A stretch of 64,000 bases of DNA from an uncultured bacterium (GTDB taxonomy: Bacteria > Krumholzibacteriota > Krumholzibacteriia > JACNKJ01): the NCBI GenBank assembly GCA_964344565.1, contig CAYFNT010000019.1, positions 6,196 through 70,195 of the forward strand. Direction: 5' to 3'. The stretch's first letter is position 1; each line of letters begins with the position of its first letter. Of the stretch, positions 45,538 to 53,935 are shown in pieces. The notes beneath the pieces are model-generated. The model had not been told where the DNA came from. It searched no databases and saw only the letters and a list, made by a program, of their open reading frames with translations. The position numbers and the translations under genes were made by a program.

Positions 45538-45912
45538 TTAGGCGGATTTCGGCGGGTTGTAGATCATGCAGGCGGCCATGCCGTAGATGATGAATCCGAT
45601 GATCCCCGCCGCGGCATGCCAGAGCGTGACTCCGAATCCGTAGGAGGGCCAGTTCATGAAGAATCCGGGCAGGTACCAGAGCAGCCCGAGGTAGAGGCCG
45701 TAGCGGAATCCTTCCCCTTTCGCGCCGCTCATGCCCTTGGAGTAGATGAAAACGAACATGATCGAGAAGGCGAGCTGTCCGAGGTACCAGCTCCAGGCTC
45801 CGAACGCCGGCGCTTCGTATCCGCGAACGCCGATGCCGCTCAGAAGCCACATCCAAAGATGTACAAGTACAAACACGGCCAAGGATGCGATCCAGAATCT
45901 GGGACGGGTCAT
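45538..45912 (-). CDS. Small integral membrane protein (about 4 TM), function unknown
   Basis: 124 aa and strongly hydrophobic throughout, with no antisense competitor that makes sense. Confidence 0.5.
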   Translation of the reverse strand: MTRPRFWIASLAVFVLVHLWMWLLSGIGVRGYEAPAFGAWSWYLGQLAFSIMFVFIYSKGMSGAKGEGFRYGLYLGLLWYLPGFFMNWPSYGFGVTLWHAAAGIIGFIIYGMAACMIYNPPKSA

Positions 45913-46023
45913 GCGGGATCCTCCTTAGGAAAACTTCAATGTTGGGAGAAGCAGAGCCTAGATCGCGGGTTTTGGGAAGGGAAAACTCGGCCGAATCCGA
46001 AGCCATAGCCATGGCCATGGCAT

Positions 46024-46054
46024 GAAAAAACCCTCCCCCGGCTGTGGGGGAGGG
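46024..46054 (-). terminator. Rho-independent terminator of the 2-oxoacid:ferredoxin oxidoreductase operon
   Basis: On the minus strand ccctccccc-acagcc-gggggaggg is followed by TTTTTTCATG. Perfect 9-bp stem. Confidence 0.8.
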
Positions 46055-46080
46055 TTCAGTTGCTCCAGCTAAGGCTATGG

Positions 46081-47508
46081 TTATAGCTGCTCTACGTATT
46101 TCATTCCGGCGCTCAAGGCCTCGATATTCGCATCCACCATGTTCGCCCGCTTGATGGCCTTGGGGATGGTTTGCTCCATGCCCTCGCGGGTGAGGATGCC
46201 CGTCTTCGCCATGTAGGCGCCGGTCATCACCGTGTTGGCCATGCGCGTGTTGCCCAGATCGTTGGCGATCTGGGTGGCCGGCACGGCCACGACCTCGATG
46301 TCCTCGCGCTTGGGCTCCACGTCGATGATGGTGGAGTCGTACATGAGCAGTCCGCCGGCCTTCACGTCGGGCTCGAATTTCTCGAGGCTGGGGCGGTTGA
46401 AGGCCATGAGCACGTCGGGATGGCTCACCGTCGGGCTGCCGATCTCGTGCTCGCTGATGTTCACGAAGCAGTAGGCGGTGCCGCCGCGCATCTCCGGGCC
46501 GTAGCTCGGGATCCAGCTGCTGTGGTAGCCCTGCTCCATGGCCGCGTTGGCCAGCATGGCCCCGGCCGAGAGGATGCCCTGCCCGCCGAAGCCCGCGAGT
46601 TTGATGCTGGGATTCTTGTAGCTGTCCGACTTGTACTCGCCGGGAAAGAGCTTGGGATCGGGAACGTTGAGGTCCAGGGCCTCGATGACTTCCTCGTCGC
46701 TGGTCTCGCGCTTCTTGCGATGCCAGGCCTCCCGCTCGTCCCGAATGTCCTTCTTCACGCCGAGGGGGAAGAAGGGCTTCATGTGCTCGTGCATCCAGTC
46801 GTACTGGTCCTTGGGATCCACCTTCCAGCCCGAGGGACAGGCGCTGAGCATCTCGACCATGGAGAAGCCCTTGCCGTCCATCTGGCACTGCAGGGCCTTG
46901 CGGATGGCCATGCGCGTCTTGGCGATGCTCTTGTTGTCCCAGACCGCCGTGCGTTCCACGTAGCTGGGACCGTCGAGGGTGGCCATGAGTTCGCAGACCT
47001 TCATGGGCGGGCCCTCGTTGTCCTCGTCGCGGCCGTAGGGGGTGGTGGTCGTCCTCATACCCGGCAGGGTGGTCGGCGCCATCTGTCCACCGGTCATGCC
47101 GTAGATGGCATTGTTCACGAAGAACACGGTGATGTGCTCGCCGCGGTTGGCCGCCTGCAGGATGTTGTTGCCGCCGATGGCCGCCAGGTCGCCGTCGCCC
47201 TGATAGCTCACGACGATGGCGTTGGGATTGGCGCGCTTGAGGGCTGTGGCCACCGCGGGTGCGCGGCCGTGGGCCACCTGGATGTTGCCCGTCTTGAAGT
47301 AGTAGTAGACGAAGACCGAGCATCCCACCGGGCTCACCATGATCACGCGTTCCTGGATGCCCAGATCCTCGATGGCCTCGGCGATGAGCTTGTGGATGAC
47401 CCCGTGTCCGCATCCCGGACAGTAGTGCGTGTTGCTCTTGTCGCCCGGCTTGCGCTCGAACTTCTCGTAGAAGCCCTTGGGACGTTCCAGAACAAGCTTC
47501 TTGGGCAT
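46081..47508 (-). CDS. 2-oxoacid:ferredoxin oxidoreductase beta subunit (TPP-binding) fused to the gamma subunit
   Basis: HYCPGCGHG, GDGD...GGNN TPP motif and GMTGGQ, then a C-terminal gamma-like domain (GFGGQGILSAG). 475 aa. Confidence 0.9.
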   Translation of the reverse strand: MPKKLVLERPKGFYEKFERKPGDKSNTHYCPGCGHGVIHKLIAEAIEDLGIQERVIMVSPVGCSVFVYYYFKTGNIQVAHGRAPAVATALKRANPNAIVVSYQGDGDLAAIGGNNILQAANRGEHITVFFVNNAIYGMTGGQMAPTTLPGMRTTTTPYGRDEDNEGPPMKVCELMATLDGPSYVERTAVWDNKSIAKTRMAIRKALQCQMDGKGFSMVEMLSACPSGWKVDPKDQYDWMHEHMKPFFPLGVKKDIRDEREAWHRKKRETSDEEVIEALDLNVPDPKLFPGEYKSDSYKNPSIKLAGFGGQGILSAGAMLANAAMEQGYHSSWIPSYGPEMRGGTAYCFVNISEHEIGSPTVSHPDVLMAFNRPSLEKFEPDVKAGGLLMYDSTIIDVEPKREDIEVVAVPATQIANDLGNTRMANTVMTGAYMAKTGILTREGMEQTIPKAIKRANMVDANIEALSAGMKYVEQL

Positions 47509-47517
47509 GGCTTCCTC

Positions 47518-48585
47518 CTAAGCGCTTAGGTCGGCGGCGGTGCCGAGATGGGATTTGGCGACTTCGTAGACTTCCTCGACCGTGGGCACGTTGCCGCCCT
47601 GCCGTCCGTAGAAATCCACCGGGATGGCTCCGTTCACCACCAGCCTGACGTCGTTGACCATCTGTCCGAAATTCAGCTCCACCGCGAGAATCTTATCGGC
47701 CGTCTCGACCACGTCGGCGATGGCCTTCTTGGGGAAGGGCCAGAGAGTCTTCGGTCGCAGCAGGCCGATCTTCAGCCCTTCCTCGCGGGCGCGATCGACC
47801 ACCGAGCGCAGGATGCGGCTCACGATGCCGAAGCCCATGAGCACGAGCTCGGCGTCTTCGGTCCGGTAGGCCTCGTAGCGAACTTCCTCTTCCTCGATCT
47901 TGCGATACTTGGCCTGGAGCTTGGCGTTGTGCGCCTCGAGTTCGTCGGTGTCCAGGAAGATGGAACTCACGAGGCTGTCGTCCATGCGGAAGCCCTCCTC
48001 GAGGGCCCACTCCTTGCGGGGAAGGGGAGGCACGGGCTCGCCGAACTCCACGGGCTCCATCATCTGTCCGATGTAGCCGTCGGTGAGGAGCACCACCGGA
48101 TTGCGCCACTTGTCGGCCAGATCGAAGGCCAGGCGCGTGAAGTCGGCCATCTCCTGGGCGCCGTTGGGAGCCAATACGATGAGTTCGTAGCTGCCGTGTC
48201 CACCGCCCTTGACGATCTGGTTGTAGTCGCTCTGCTCAGGCGCGATGTTGCCCAGGCCCGGGCCGCCGCGCATGATGTCGACCAGCAGGCAGGGCAGTTC
48301 GGCGCCGGCCAGGTAGCTCAGGCCCTCCTGCTTCAGGCTGATGCCCGGCGAAGAGCTGGCGGTCATGGTGCGTTCGCCGGCCGCCGCCGCGCCGTAGACC
48401 ATGTTGATGGACGCGATCTCGCTCTCGGCCTGCAGGAAGGTGCGTCCCAGACGCGGGAAGAGCATGGCTCCCGCGTGGGCGATCTCGCTGGCCGGCGTGA
48501 TGGGGTATCCGTAGAAGGACTGGCAACCCGCGAGCAGGGCGGCCTTCACCACCGCTTCGTTGCCCTTGATCAATTCCTTGGCCAT
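47518..48585 (-). CDS. 2-oxoacid:ferredoxin oxidoreductase alpha subunit
   Basis: [36 protein letters not shown]-terminus typical of KorA/PorA. GAGGAG RBS. Start trimmed from the track ORF. Confidence 0.85.
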   Translation of the reverse strand: MAKELIKGNEAVVKAALLAGCQSFYGYPITPASEIAHAGAMLFPRLGRTFLQAESEIASINMVYGAAAAGERTMTASSSPGISLKQEGLSYLAGAELPCLLVDIMRGGPGLGNIAPEQSDYNQIVKGGGHGSYELIVLAPNGAQEMADFTRLAFDLADKWRNPVVLLTDGYIGQMMEPVEFGEPVPPLPRKEWALEEGFRMDDSLVSSIFLDTDELEAHNAKLQAKYRKIEEEEVRYEAYRTEDAELVLMGFGIVSRILRSVVDRAREEGLKIGLLRPKTLWPFPKKAIADVVETADKILAVELNFGQMVNDVRLVVNGAIPVDFYGRQGGNVPTVEEVYEVAKSHLGTAADLSA

Positions 48586-48593
48586 GGATCTCC

Positions 48594-48839
48594 TCAGGCG
48601 GCGTCGTACTCGGCGCCCTTCTTGTAGACAGTGATGGCGGCGGGCTCGGGACAGGCATAGAAGCACATGCCGCATCCGGTGCAGCCTTCACCCGTGTAGT
48701 CGGCGGGGTGGTATCCCTTGGAATTGAAGCCGTCGATCTGGAAGAGCACGTCCTGGGGGCAGGAAATGACGCAGAGGCCGCAGCCCTTGCAGTGCTCGGG
48801 GGAGACGACTGTGATGGCTTCTTCGAGAATCTTGCTCAT
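48594..48839 (-). CDS. Two-cluster 4Fe-4S ferredoxin (delta subunit of the 2-oxoacid:ferredoxin oxidoreductase)
   Basis: [12 protein letters not shown] and [12 protein letters not shown] motifs. 81 aa, GGAGG RBS. Confidence 0.8.
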   Translation of the reverse strand: MSKILEEAITVVSPEHCKGCGLCVISCPQDVLFQIDGFNSKGYHPADYTGEGCTGCGMCFYACPEPAAITVYKKGAEYDAA

Positions 48840-48935
48840 GGGGCCTCCGTCAAAGATGGCTTTTCGGAAGGAATACGCCTCGGGGCCGGCGGGAAGCATT
48901 CAGGAGAAAGCGACCTGAATTCCGCATGTCCGTTC

Positions 48936-48964
48936 AAAGTATGGCAATCAACGCAAACTGTCAA
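48936..48964 (-). promoter_or_regulatory. Sigma70-like promoter (TTGACA-17-TACTTT on the minus strand) for the ferredoxin oxidoreductase operon
   Basis: The minus-strand sequence reads TTGACAgtttgcgttgattgccaTACTTT, about 95 nt upstream of the delta-subunit ATG. Confidence 0.45.
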
Positions 48965-49054
48965 GATAGCCAGGTTTAGCCGAGCTTCTCCGCTATTGGA
49001 CAAGCCAAGACGATTCAACCAGTTAACAAATAGCACAATTAAGGCGGGAATACA

Positions 49055-49152
49055 AGGAACTGTGGACTCAGAACTGTGGACTCAGAACTGTGAACTGAGA
49101 ACTGTGAACTCGGAACTGGGAACTCAGAACTAGGAACTCGGAACTCAGAACT
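49055..49152. repeat. Heptanucleotide tandem repeat, 14 units (NNGAACT)
   Basis: aggaact gtggact cagaact gtggact cagaact gtgaact gagaact gtgaact cggaact gggaact cagaact aggaact cggaact cagaact. Confidence 0.9.
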
Positions 49153-49160
49153 TATGAATT

Positions 49161-49200
49161 GGCCCTTCCCCGAGTGCGGGGAAGGGTTTCTCTTGTTCAC
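49161..49200. terminator. GC hairpin cccttccccg-agtg-cggggaaggg followed by TTTCTCTTGTT (terminator-like). Central element between the direct and inverted heptad arrays.
   Basis: Perfect 10-bp stem. T-rich tract on the plus strand. Confidence 0.5.
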
Positions 49201-49235
49201 AGTTCTCAGTTCTAAGTTCTAAGTTCTAAGTTCTA
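49201..49235. repeat. Inverted-orientation heptanucleotide repeat, 5 units (AGTTCTN), abutting the ParA stop codon
   Basis: agttctc agttcta x4. These are the reverse complement of the NNGAACT units at 49055-49152. Confidence 0.9.
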
Positions 49236-50285
49236 ATGCCATCCCTCTTCGACGCTGCCTTCGTACTCGTCGAGATTCGGACGGGTCACCTTGCAGGCGT
49301 CCGAGTCGCTCTCCTCGACCTCGTCCAGGGAGATGATGTCGTCCTCGGGGCTTCCGCTGTTGCCCTTGCCTCCGAGTTCGTCCTCATCCTGCAGCAGGAT
49401 CTCGCCGGTGGCCGTGAGCACGGGCGAAGGCTTGGTCACGGTGGAGATGGCCTCGGCCAGCACGCTCTCGCGTACTTCTTCGGCCGACGCAGCCGGACGC
49501 TGTTCCGCGCGCCGCTCTGTGACGATGCTCGCGAGCACCTCGTCGGCGAGGGATGCGAAGGCCTGCGCGGCCGCGCCCGCGCGATTGAAGAAGTTCACGG
49601 GCTTGCCGCGCTGGGCGACTTCGGCGAGGCGCACGCTGCGGGGCACCTGGGTCTCGAAGACCTTGCCGGGATAGGCTTCGCGCACGCGCGAGGTCACCGA
49701 ATTGGCCATGCGCGTACGCAGGTCGACCTGGTTGAGCACGATGCCGGCGAGTTCGGGCAGGGGCTGATCGCCCTCGCGCATCTCGTCCATGGCGTCGAAG
49801 AGACGCGGCAGGGCCTGGAAGGCGAGTTCCTCCACCTGCAGGGGCACGATGAGCGAGTCGGCCGCCATGAGCGCCGAGGTCGTCAGGGGGCCCAGGTTCG
49901 GAGGACAGTCGAGCATCACGAAGTCATAGTCCTTCTTCACCGGGGCCAGGCCTTCGGCGAGGCTCTCCGGCGAGATGGCCGCCCAGGTGAGGAGCTGTTC
50001 CTCCTCGTCGCGGCTCCAGACGTTGCTCGTGATGAAGTCGAGATTGTTGAGACCGGTCGGCTGGATGCTCCTGGCCGGACTGCCGTCAGGATCGAAGAAA
50101 TCAAGCAGTCCGAAATCCACCGAGAAGCGCTCCTGACCGAAGCTGCTGATCACACCACACTGAGGGTCCACGCCGACGACGAGGCAACTGAAGCCCTTGT
50201 CGGCGAGTGCGGCAGCGAGATTAACCGCCACCGTCGTTTTGCCCACCCCGCCTTTGGGGCAGACGACAGCCAACGAGCGTCCCAT
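49233..50285 (-). CDS. parA: ParA/MinD-family ATPase with an acidic C-terminal extension of about 100 aa
   Basis: Deviant Walker A CPKGGVGKTT. The C-terminal region is rich in E/D (DEDELGG...EEDDIISLDEVEESDSD). Confidence 0.8.
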   Translation of the reverse strand: MGRSLAVVCPKGGVGKTTVAVNLAAALADKGFSCLVVGVDPQCGVISSFGQERFSVDFGLLDFFDPDGSPARSIQPTGLNNLDFITSNVWSRDEEEQLLTWAAISPESLAEGLAPVKKDYDFVMLDCPPNLGPLTTSALMAADSLIVPLQVEELAFQALPRLFDAMDEMREGDQPLPELAGIVLNQVDLRTRMANSVTSRVREAYPGKVFETQVPRSVRLAEVAQRGKPVNFFNRAGAAAQAFASLADEVLASIVTERRAEQRPAASAEEVRESVLAEAISTVTKPSPVLTATGEILLQDEDELGGKGNSGSPEDDIISLDEVEESDSDACKVTRPNLDEYEGSVEEGWH

Positions 50286-50294
50286 GTAACTCCT

Positions 50295-50309
50295 TGAATT
50301 GTATTCAAT
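50295..50309. promoter_or_regulatory. Palindrome TTGAAT-tgt-ATTCAA in the parA/P-type-ATPase divergent region. Candidate operator.
   Basis: Perfect 6-bp inverted repeat 10 nt upstream of the parA ATG. A second palindrome CCCTCgGAGGG follows. Confidence 0.35.
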
Positions 50310-50438
50310 TGCATGTATGCCTGAGATGTCCCTCGGAGGGAGCGCAGATATTATCCCGTCACCTTTTCATTGGCAAGCAGTTTCCCCTCATGCAGCATGT
50401 GCATCGTGCGAATTATCGCGCCGAGCCGAGAAGGGACC

Positions 50439-52301
50439 ATGGCCGAGATCCGACTCACGGTGAAGGGGCTGGCGGGATGGGAGGACCCTCCCCGCGTGGC
50501 TCGCATTCTGCGCGGGGTTCCGGCCGTGGAGGACGTGTCGGTGGACGCCGCCAGCGGGCAGGCCTGGGCGCGCGGTCGCGGGCACCTGCCGCTTCTCGGC
50601 ATGCTGGAAGCGCTTCACCGCGAGGGTTACGAGGCGGAACCCGCCACCGAGGACACGCTCTTCCCATCCATCTTCCGCGACGAGCAGACGGTGCTCCGCA
50701 GGATGCGCGGCGCGCTTCTGTGGACCCTCGCCCTGCTGCTTGTGGATCTCCTGATGCCCGCCGGGCGCATCGCCCTGACCGCGGGGATGCTTCTGGTGCT
50801 GGGCTTTCTGTCCACCACCGGGCGAGCCCTCTGGCGGACCGCCGTGCCAATGCTGCGTCGTGGACGTTGGGGCGAGACGCCCCGCGCCGCCATCGCGCTT
50901 CTGCTGCTCAGCGTTTCGCTGCCCCTCGCCTGGATGAACGGCGAACAGGTCTTCTTCTCCCTGCCGGCCCTGGTCGGCACCCTGCTCCTGCTCTCGCGAT
51001 GGCTGGAGCTTCGCTGGAGGCGCGTCCTGCGCAACGATCTGAAGGACGGCGACTCGCGCGCTTCCATCTTGCAGGAAGCCTTCGGCGGCGCCGACGCCCC
51101 CGAGGGGGCCAACAAACGGGTGGGGGACGCGCTGGCCATGGCCCTGCCCATCCTGCTGCTGCTCTGGCTGGCGATGTCGCTCGTCCTGCACTTGGGAAGC
51201 GCGGCGATTCTGCGCGGCCTGGCCGCCGTCCTTCTGGCGGGAGGCAGCCGCGGGCTGACCCTGTCCTATCCCTCGGTGATGGTGGCCGGACTGACGCGGG
51301 CGTTCTCCTTCGGACTGGTTTTTCGCCGGGCCCGCATCCTGCGGAACTTCCATCGCGCCGACATCCTGGCCACCGATCGGGTGGGCGTACTCACCCGAGC
51401 TCAGGCCGAGGTGGAGTCGGTGAAGGTGCTGGGCAGTTCTTCCACCGATCGAATCTACTCGGAGGCGGCGGGGGCCCTGGCCGAGGCGGCCCATCCCCTG
51501 CTTCAGGCTCTTCATCGTTTCCTTTCGGATCGGGCCGAGACCGAGAGCCATCCGCTCTCGGTGATCAGACGGCCGGGCGGCGGCCTCGAGGCGGAGACCG
51601 CCGGACGTAATCTGCTCATCGGACATCCCTGGTTCCTGCAGCGGGAAGGGGTGGACCTCGAGGAGGTGCGCGAAGTCCTGGAGCACTTCGGCGAACAGGG
51701 ATTGTCCATCGTGACCCTCGCGGTGGACGGAAAGATGCGCGCGGTTTTCGGCCTTCGCGTTGACGCGCGCCCCGAAGCGCCGAGCCTCATACGGCGCATC
51801 GCCGAGTTCGGTCTCGCGCCCGTCCTGCTCACCGGCGAGAGCGAGGGCCTCGCCCGCCGGGTGGCCGAGAGCAACGGCATGAGCGAGTTCCACGGCGGAC
51901 TGGGAAGCGACGAACGCGCCCGGGTGCTGCGGGAGAAGACCCAGGCCGGAGCGAAGGTGGCTGCCGTGGGCATCGGCAGTCACGACGCGCCCGTGCTGGC
52001 GGCGGCCGACTTCCCCGTGTCCCTCGGCCCTGAGGCTCCCGCGGAGAAGCCCGGGCTCATCCTTCCCTCGGGACGGCCGGCCGATCTCCTGGACGCCCTG
52101 GCCTTCTCGCGCCATGTGGACGCACTTCGCCGGCAGAACTTCTGGCTCGCCGGCGGACTGCTTCTGCTCGCCCTCATCCTGGCCTTCTCCGGACTCCTCG
52201 GCCCTCTCGGATCCACGGCCATGCGCGTCGTCGCCGTGCAGGCCCCCCTTGCCAACAGTCTGCGCACCCACTCCTTCCGCTTCGAATCCTCCTCTCAGTA
52301 G
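50439..52301 (+). CDS. P1B-type (heavy-metal) ATPase homolog with degenerate catalytic motifs (probable pseudo-ATPase)
   Basis: HMA-like N-terminal domain without CxxC (GLAGWED). TM6 reads GSRGLTLSYP where CPC is expected. DRVGVLT replaces DKTGTLT. GIGSHDAPVLAAAD replaces GDGxNDAPALAAAD. LLTGES replaces MLTGDN. The actuator domain is largely missing. Confidence 0.7.
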   Translation: MAEIRLTVKGLAGWEDPPRVARILRGVPAVEDVSVDAASGQAWARGRGHLPLLGMLEALHREGYEAEPATEDTLFPSIFRDEQTVLRRMRGALLWTLALLLVDLLMPAGRIALTAGMLLVLGFLSTTGRALWRTAVPMLRRGRWGETPRAAIALLLLSVSLPLAWMNGEQVFFSLPALVGTLLLLSRWLELRWRRVLRNDLKDGDSRASILQEAFGGADAPEGANKRVGDALAMALPILLLLWLAMSLVLHLGSAAILRGLAAVLLAGGSRGLTLSYPSVMVAGLTRAFSFGLVFRRARILRNFHRADILATDRVGVLTRAQAEVESVKVLGSSSTDRIYSEAAGALAEAAHPLLQALHRFLSDRAETESHPLSVIRRPGGGLEAETAGRNLLIGHPWFLQREGVDLEEVREVLEHFGEQGLSIVTLAVDGKMRAVFGLRVDARPEAPSLIRRIAEFGLAPVLLTGESEGLARRVAESNGMSEFHGGLGSDERARVLREKTQAGAKVAAVGIGSHDAPVLAAADFPVSLGPEAPAEKPGLILPSGRPADLLDALAFSRHVDALRRQNFWLAGGLLLLALILAFSGLLGPLGSTAMRVVAVQAPLANSLRTHSFRFESSSQ

Positions 52302-52394
52302 GTTCTTTTTACCGATTGCTCACGGCCTTCGCGTTGACGGCGAGGCCTCCTCTGTGCTTTTTCATGGGAGCTAACTCGCTACAAGGACGGACCT

Positions 52395-52637
52395 ATGTCT
52401 CAGGATCATAAAGTCGGAATCGAATACTGCGTGGTCTGAAACTACGAACCGCGCGCCGCCGGTCTGGCGGCTGCCATCCAGAAACGCTTCGGCATAAGCA
52501 CCGAGTTGATCAAGTCCGGGGGCGGTGTCTTCGAGGTGGAATTGGACGGGAACGTGATCTTCTCCAAGAATGCCACGGGCCGATTCCCGGACGAGCCTGA
52601 AGTCTTCGAGGCCATCGAGGCCCGACTCGGGATCTGA
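52395..52637 (+). CDS. SelW/Rdx-family selenoprotein (CxxU) with an in-frame UGA at 52437-52439 read as selenocysteine
   Basis: ATG at 52395 gives MSQDHKVGIEYCVV-U-NYEPRAAGLAAAIQKRFGISTELIKSGGGVFEVELDGNVIFSKNATGRFPDEPEVFEAIEARLGI. This matches the bacterial SelW-like pattern IEYCxxUxYxPRA...SGGVFEV...GRFP. The reading frame continues after the TGA to a TGA at 52635, which overlaps the next ATG. Confidence 0.7.
52455..52471 (+). other. SECIS-like hairpin GCCGCC-GGUCU-GGCGGC downstream of the in-frame UGA
   Basis: The stem-loop begins 16 nt after the UGA. Its apical loop GGUCU is identical to the E. coli fdhF SECIS loop, and the spacing of about 24 nt from UGA to loop is typical. Confidence 0.6.
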
Positions 52638-53845
52638 TGTTTCACAGCAAAGACTACTACAGAAAGCTCGACGAGATCCTCGACCAGATCGAGGACGTCC
52701 GCGACGCGCATCGTCATCTCGCCGGCATGGTGGACCGCATCGTCGAGACCTTCAGCGACGATCTGGGCATCACCAGCGGACGCCTCTACCTGCGCGACGG
52801 GGGCGACTACAAGCTGGAGCACTGCATCGGACGGGATCCCTCGACCTTGAAGGGTCTGCGAATTCCCCTGCAGTACCCGCCCGTGCGCGCGGCCCACGAA
52901 AGCCGCATCGTGGTCATGGACGACGAGTTCCCCGGCCGCGATCCTGTCATCGAGAGCCGACTTCAGATCTCGCACTACGCGGCCTTCACCCTGCACAGCG
53001 GGGCATATCTGGTCAGCTTCGGCCTGAACTCCGAACTGGACCAGGACGATCAGGTCTTCGCCCTCAGCGCCATCCGCCACGCCCTTTCCCTGCGCTTGCG
53101 CGAGGCCAGCATGGCGGAGGAACTCGACCAGGCCGAGGCCATCCAGCTCAGCCTTCTTCCCTCCCGGAGCCCCCAGTTCGAGGGATACGAGATCGCCGCC
53201 CGCACGGAAGCGGCCGAGGCCGCGGAGGTGGGCGGGGACATCCATGACTTCATCGAGCTGGGGCCGGATATCCTCGGCATCGCGGTGGGGGACGCCAGCG
53301 GCCACGGTTTGCCCGCGGCCTTGCAGGCCCGCGACGTGGTCACGGGACTGCGCATGGGCGTGGAAAGGGAGCTGAAGATCACGGCAGTGATCCGTCGGCT
53401 CAATCGCGTGATCCACGCCAGCAATCTCTCCACGCGTTTCGTGAGCCTCTTCTACGGGGAGCTCGAGAGCAACGGGAACCTGGTCTTCGTGAACGCCGGG
53501 CATTGCGAGCCCCTCCTCCTCCTGCCGGGTGGCGAGGTGGACAGGCTCAGCTCGGGAGGCGTGATTCTCGGGCCCACGCCCGATGCCGAGTACCACCGCG
53601 GGCATGTGCTCATGGAGCCCGGAGCCCGGTTGCTGCTCTTCAGCGACGGTCTGACCGAAAGATGGGGCGGCCAGGAGGAATTCGGAGAATTGCGACTTCT
53701 GGAACTTTTCCGCGCCTGCGAGGGAATGGGCGCCGAAGAGACGATCGAACGTATCTTTAAGGAAATCAGAGACTTCGGAAAGACCGCGCCCTGGGAGGAC
53801 GACGTGACGGCCGTGGTGGTACACCGAAAGTTACCTAGAGATTAA
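52637..53845 (+). CDS. PP2C-type serine phosphatase (SpoIIE/RsbU family) with an N-terminal GAF-like sensor domain
   Basis: GDIHDF, GDASGHG and FSDGLTE PP2C motifs. Start overlaps the selenoprotein stop (TGATG). Confidence 0.8.
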   Translation: MFHSKDYYRKLDEILDQIEDVRDAHRHLAGMVDRIVETFSDDLGITSGRLYLRDGGDYKLEHCIGRDPSTLKGLRIPLQYPPVRAAHESRIVVMDDEFPGRDPVIESRLQISHYAAFTLHSGAYLVSFGLNSELDQDDQVFALSAIRHALSLRLREASMAEELDQAEAIQLSLLPSRSPQFEGYEIAARTEAAEAAEVGGDIHDFIELGPDILGIAVGDASGHGLPAALQARDVVTGLRMGVERELKITAVIRRLNRVIHASNLSTRFVSLFYGELESNGNLVFVNAGHCEPLLLLPGGEVDRLSSGGVILGPTPDAEYHRGHVLMEPGARLLLFSDGLTERWGGQEEFGELRLLELFRACEGMGAEETIERIFKEIRDFGKTAPWEDDVTAVVVHRKLPRD

Positions 53846-53935
53846 AGAAAAAAGCTCTGGTTAATAGTATTGACATCGCCCCGAACGGCTGCAAATTTCA
53901 CGATTCCAGACTTTCTTCGCTTTTTTGGAGGATAT

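Noticed and set aside
50370-50438. Longer N-terminal extension (MASSFPSCSMCIVRIIAPSREGT) of the P-type ATPase homolog
   Set aside because: It is not part of the HMA-like fold, and a GAGAAGGGA RBS-like sequence precedes the ATG at 50439. The alternative start cannot be excluded.
52270-52290. tRNA T-arm-like motif CTTCGAATCC
   Set aside because: It lies inside the P-type ATPase-like CDS and lacks acceptor-stem and anticodon context. No tRNA could be supported anywhere in the window.
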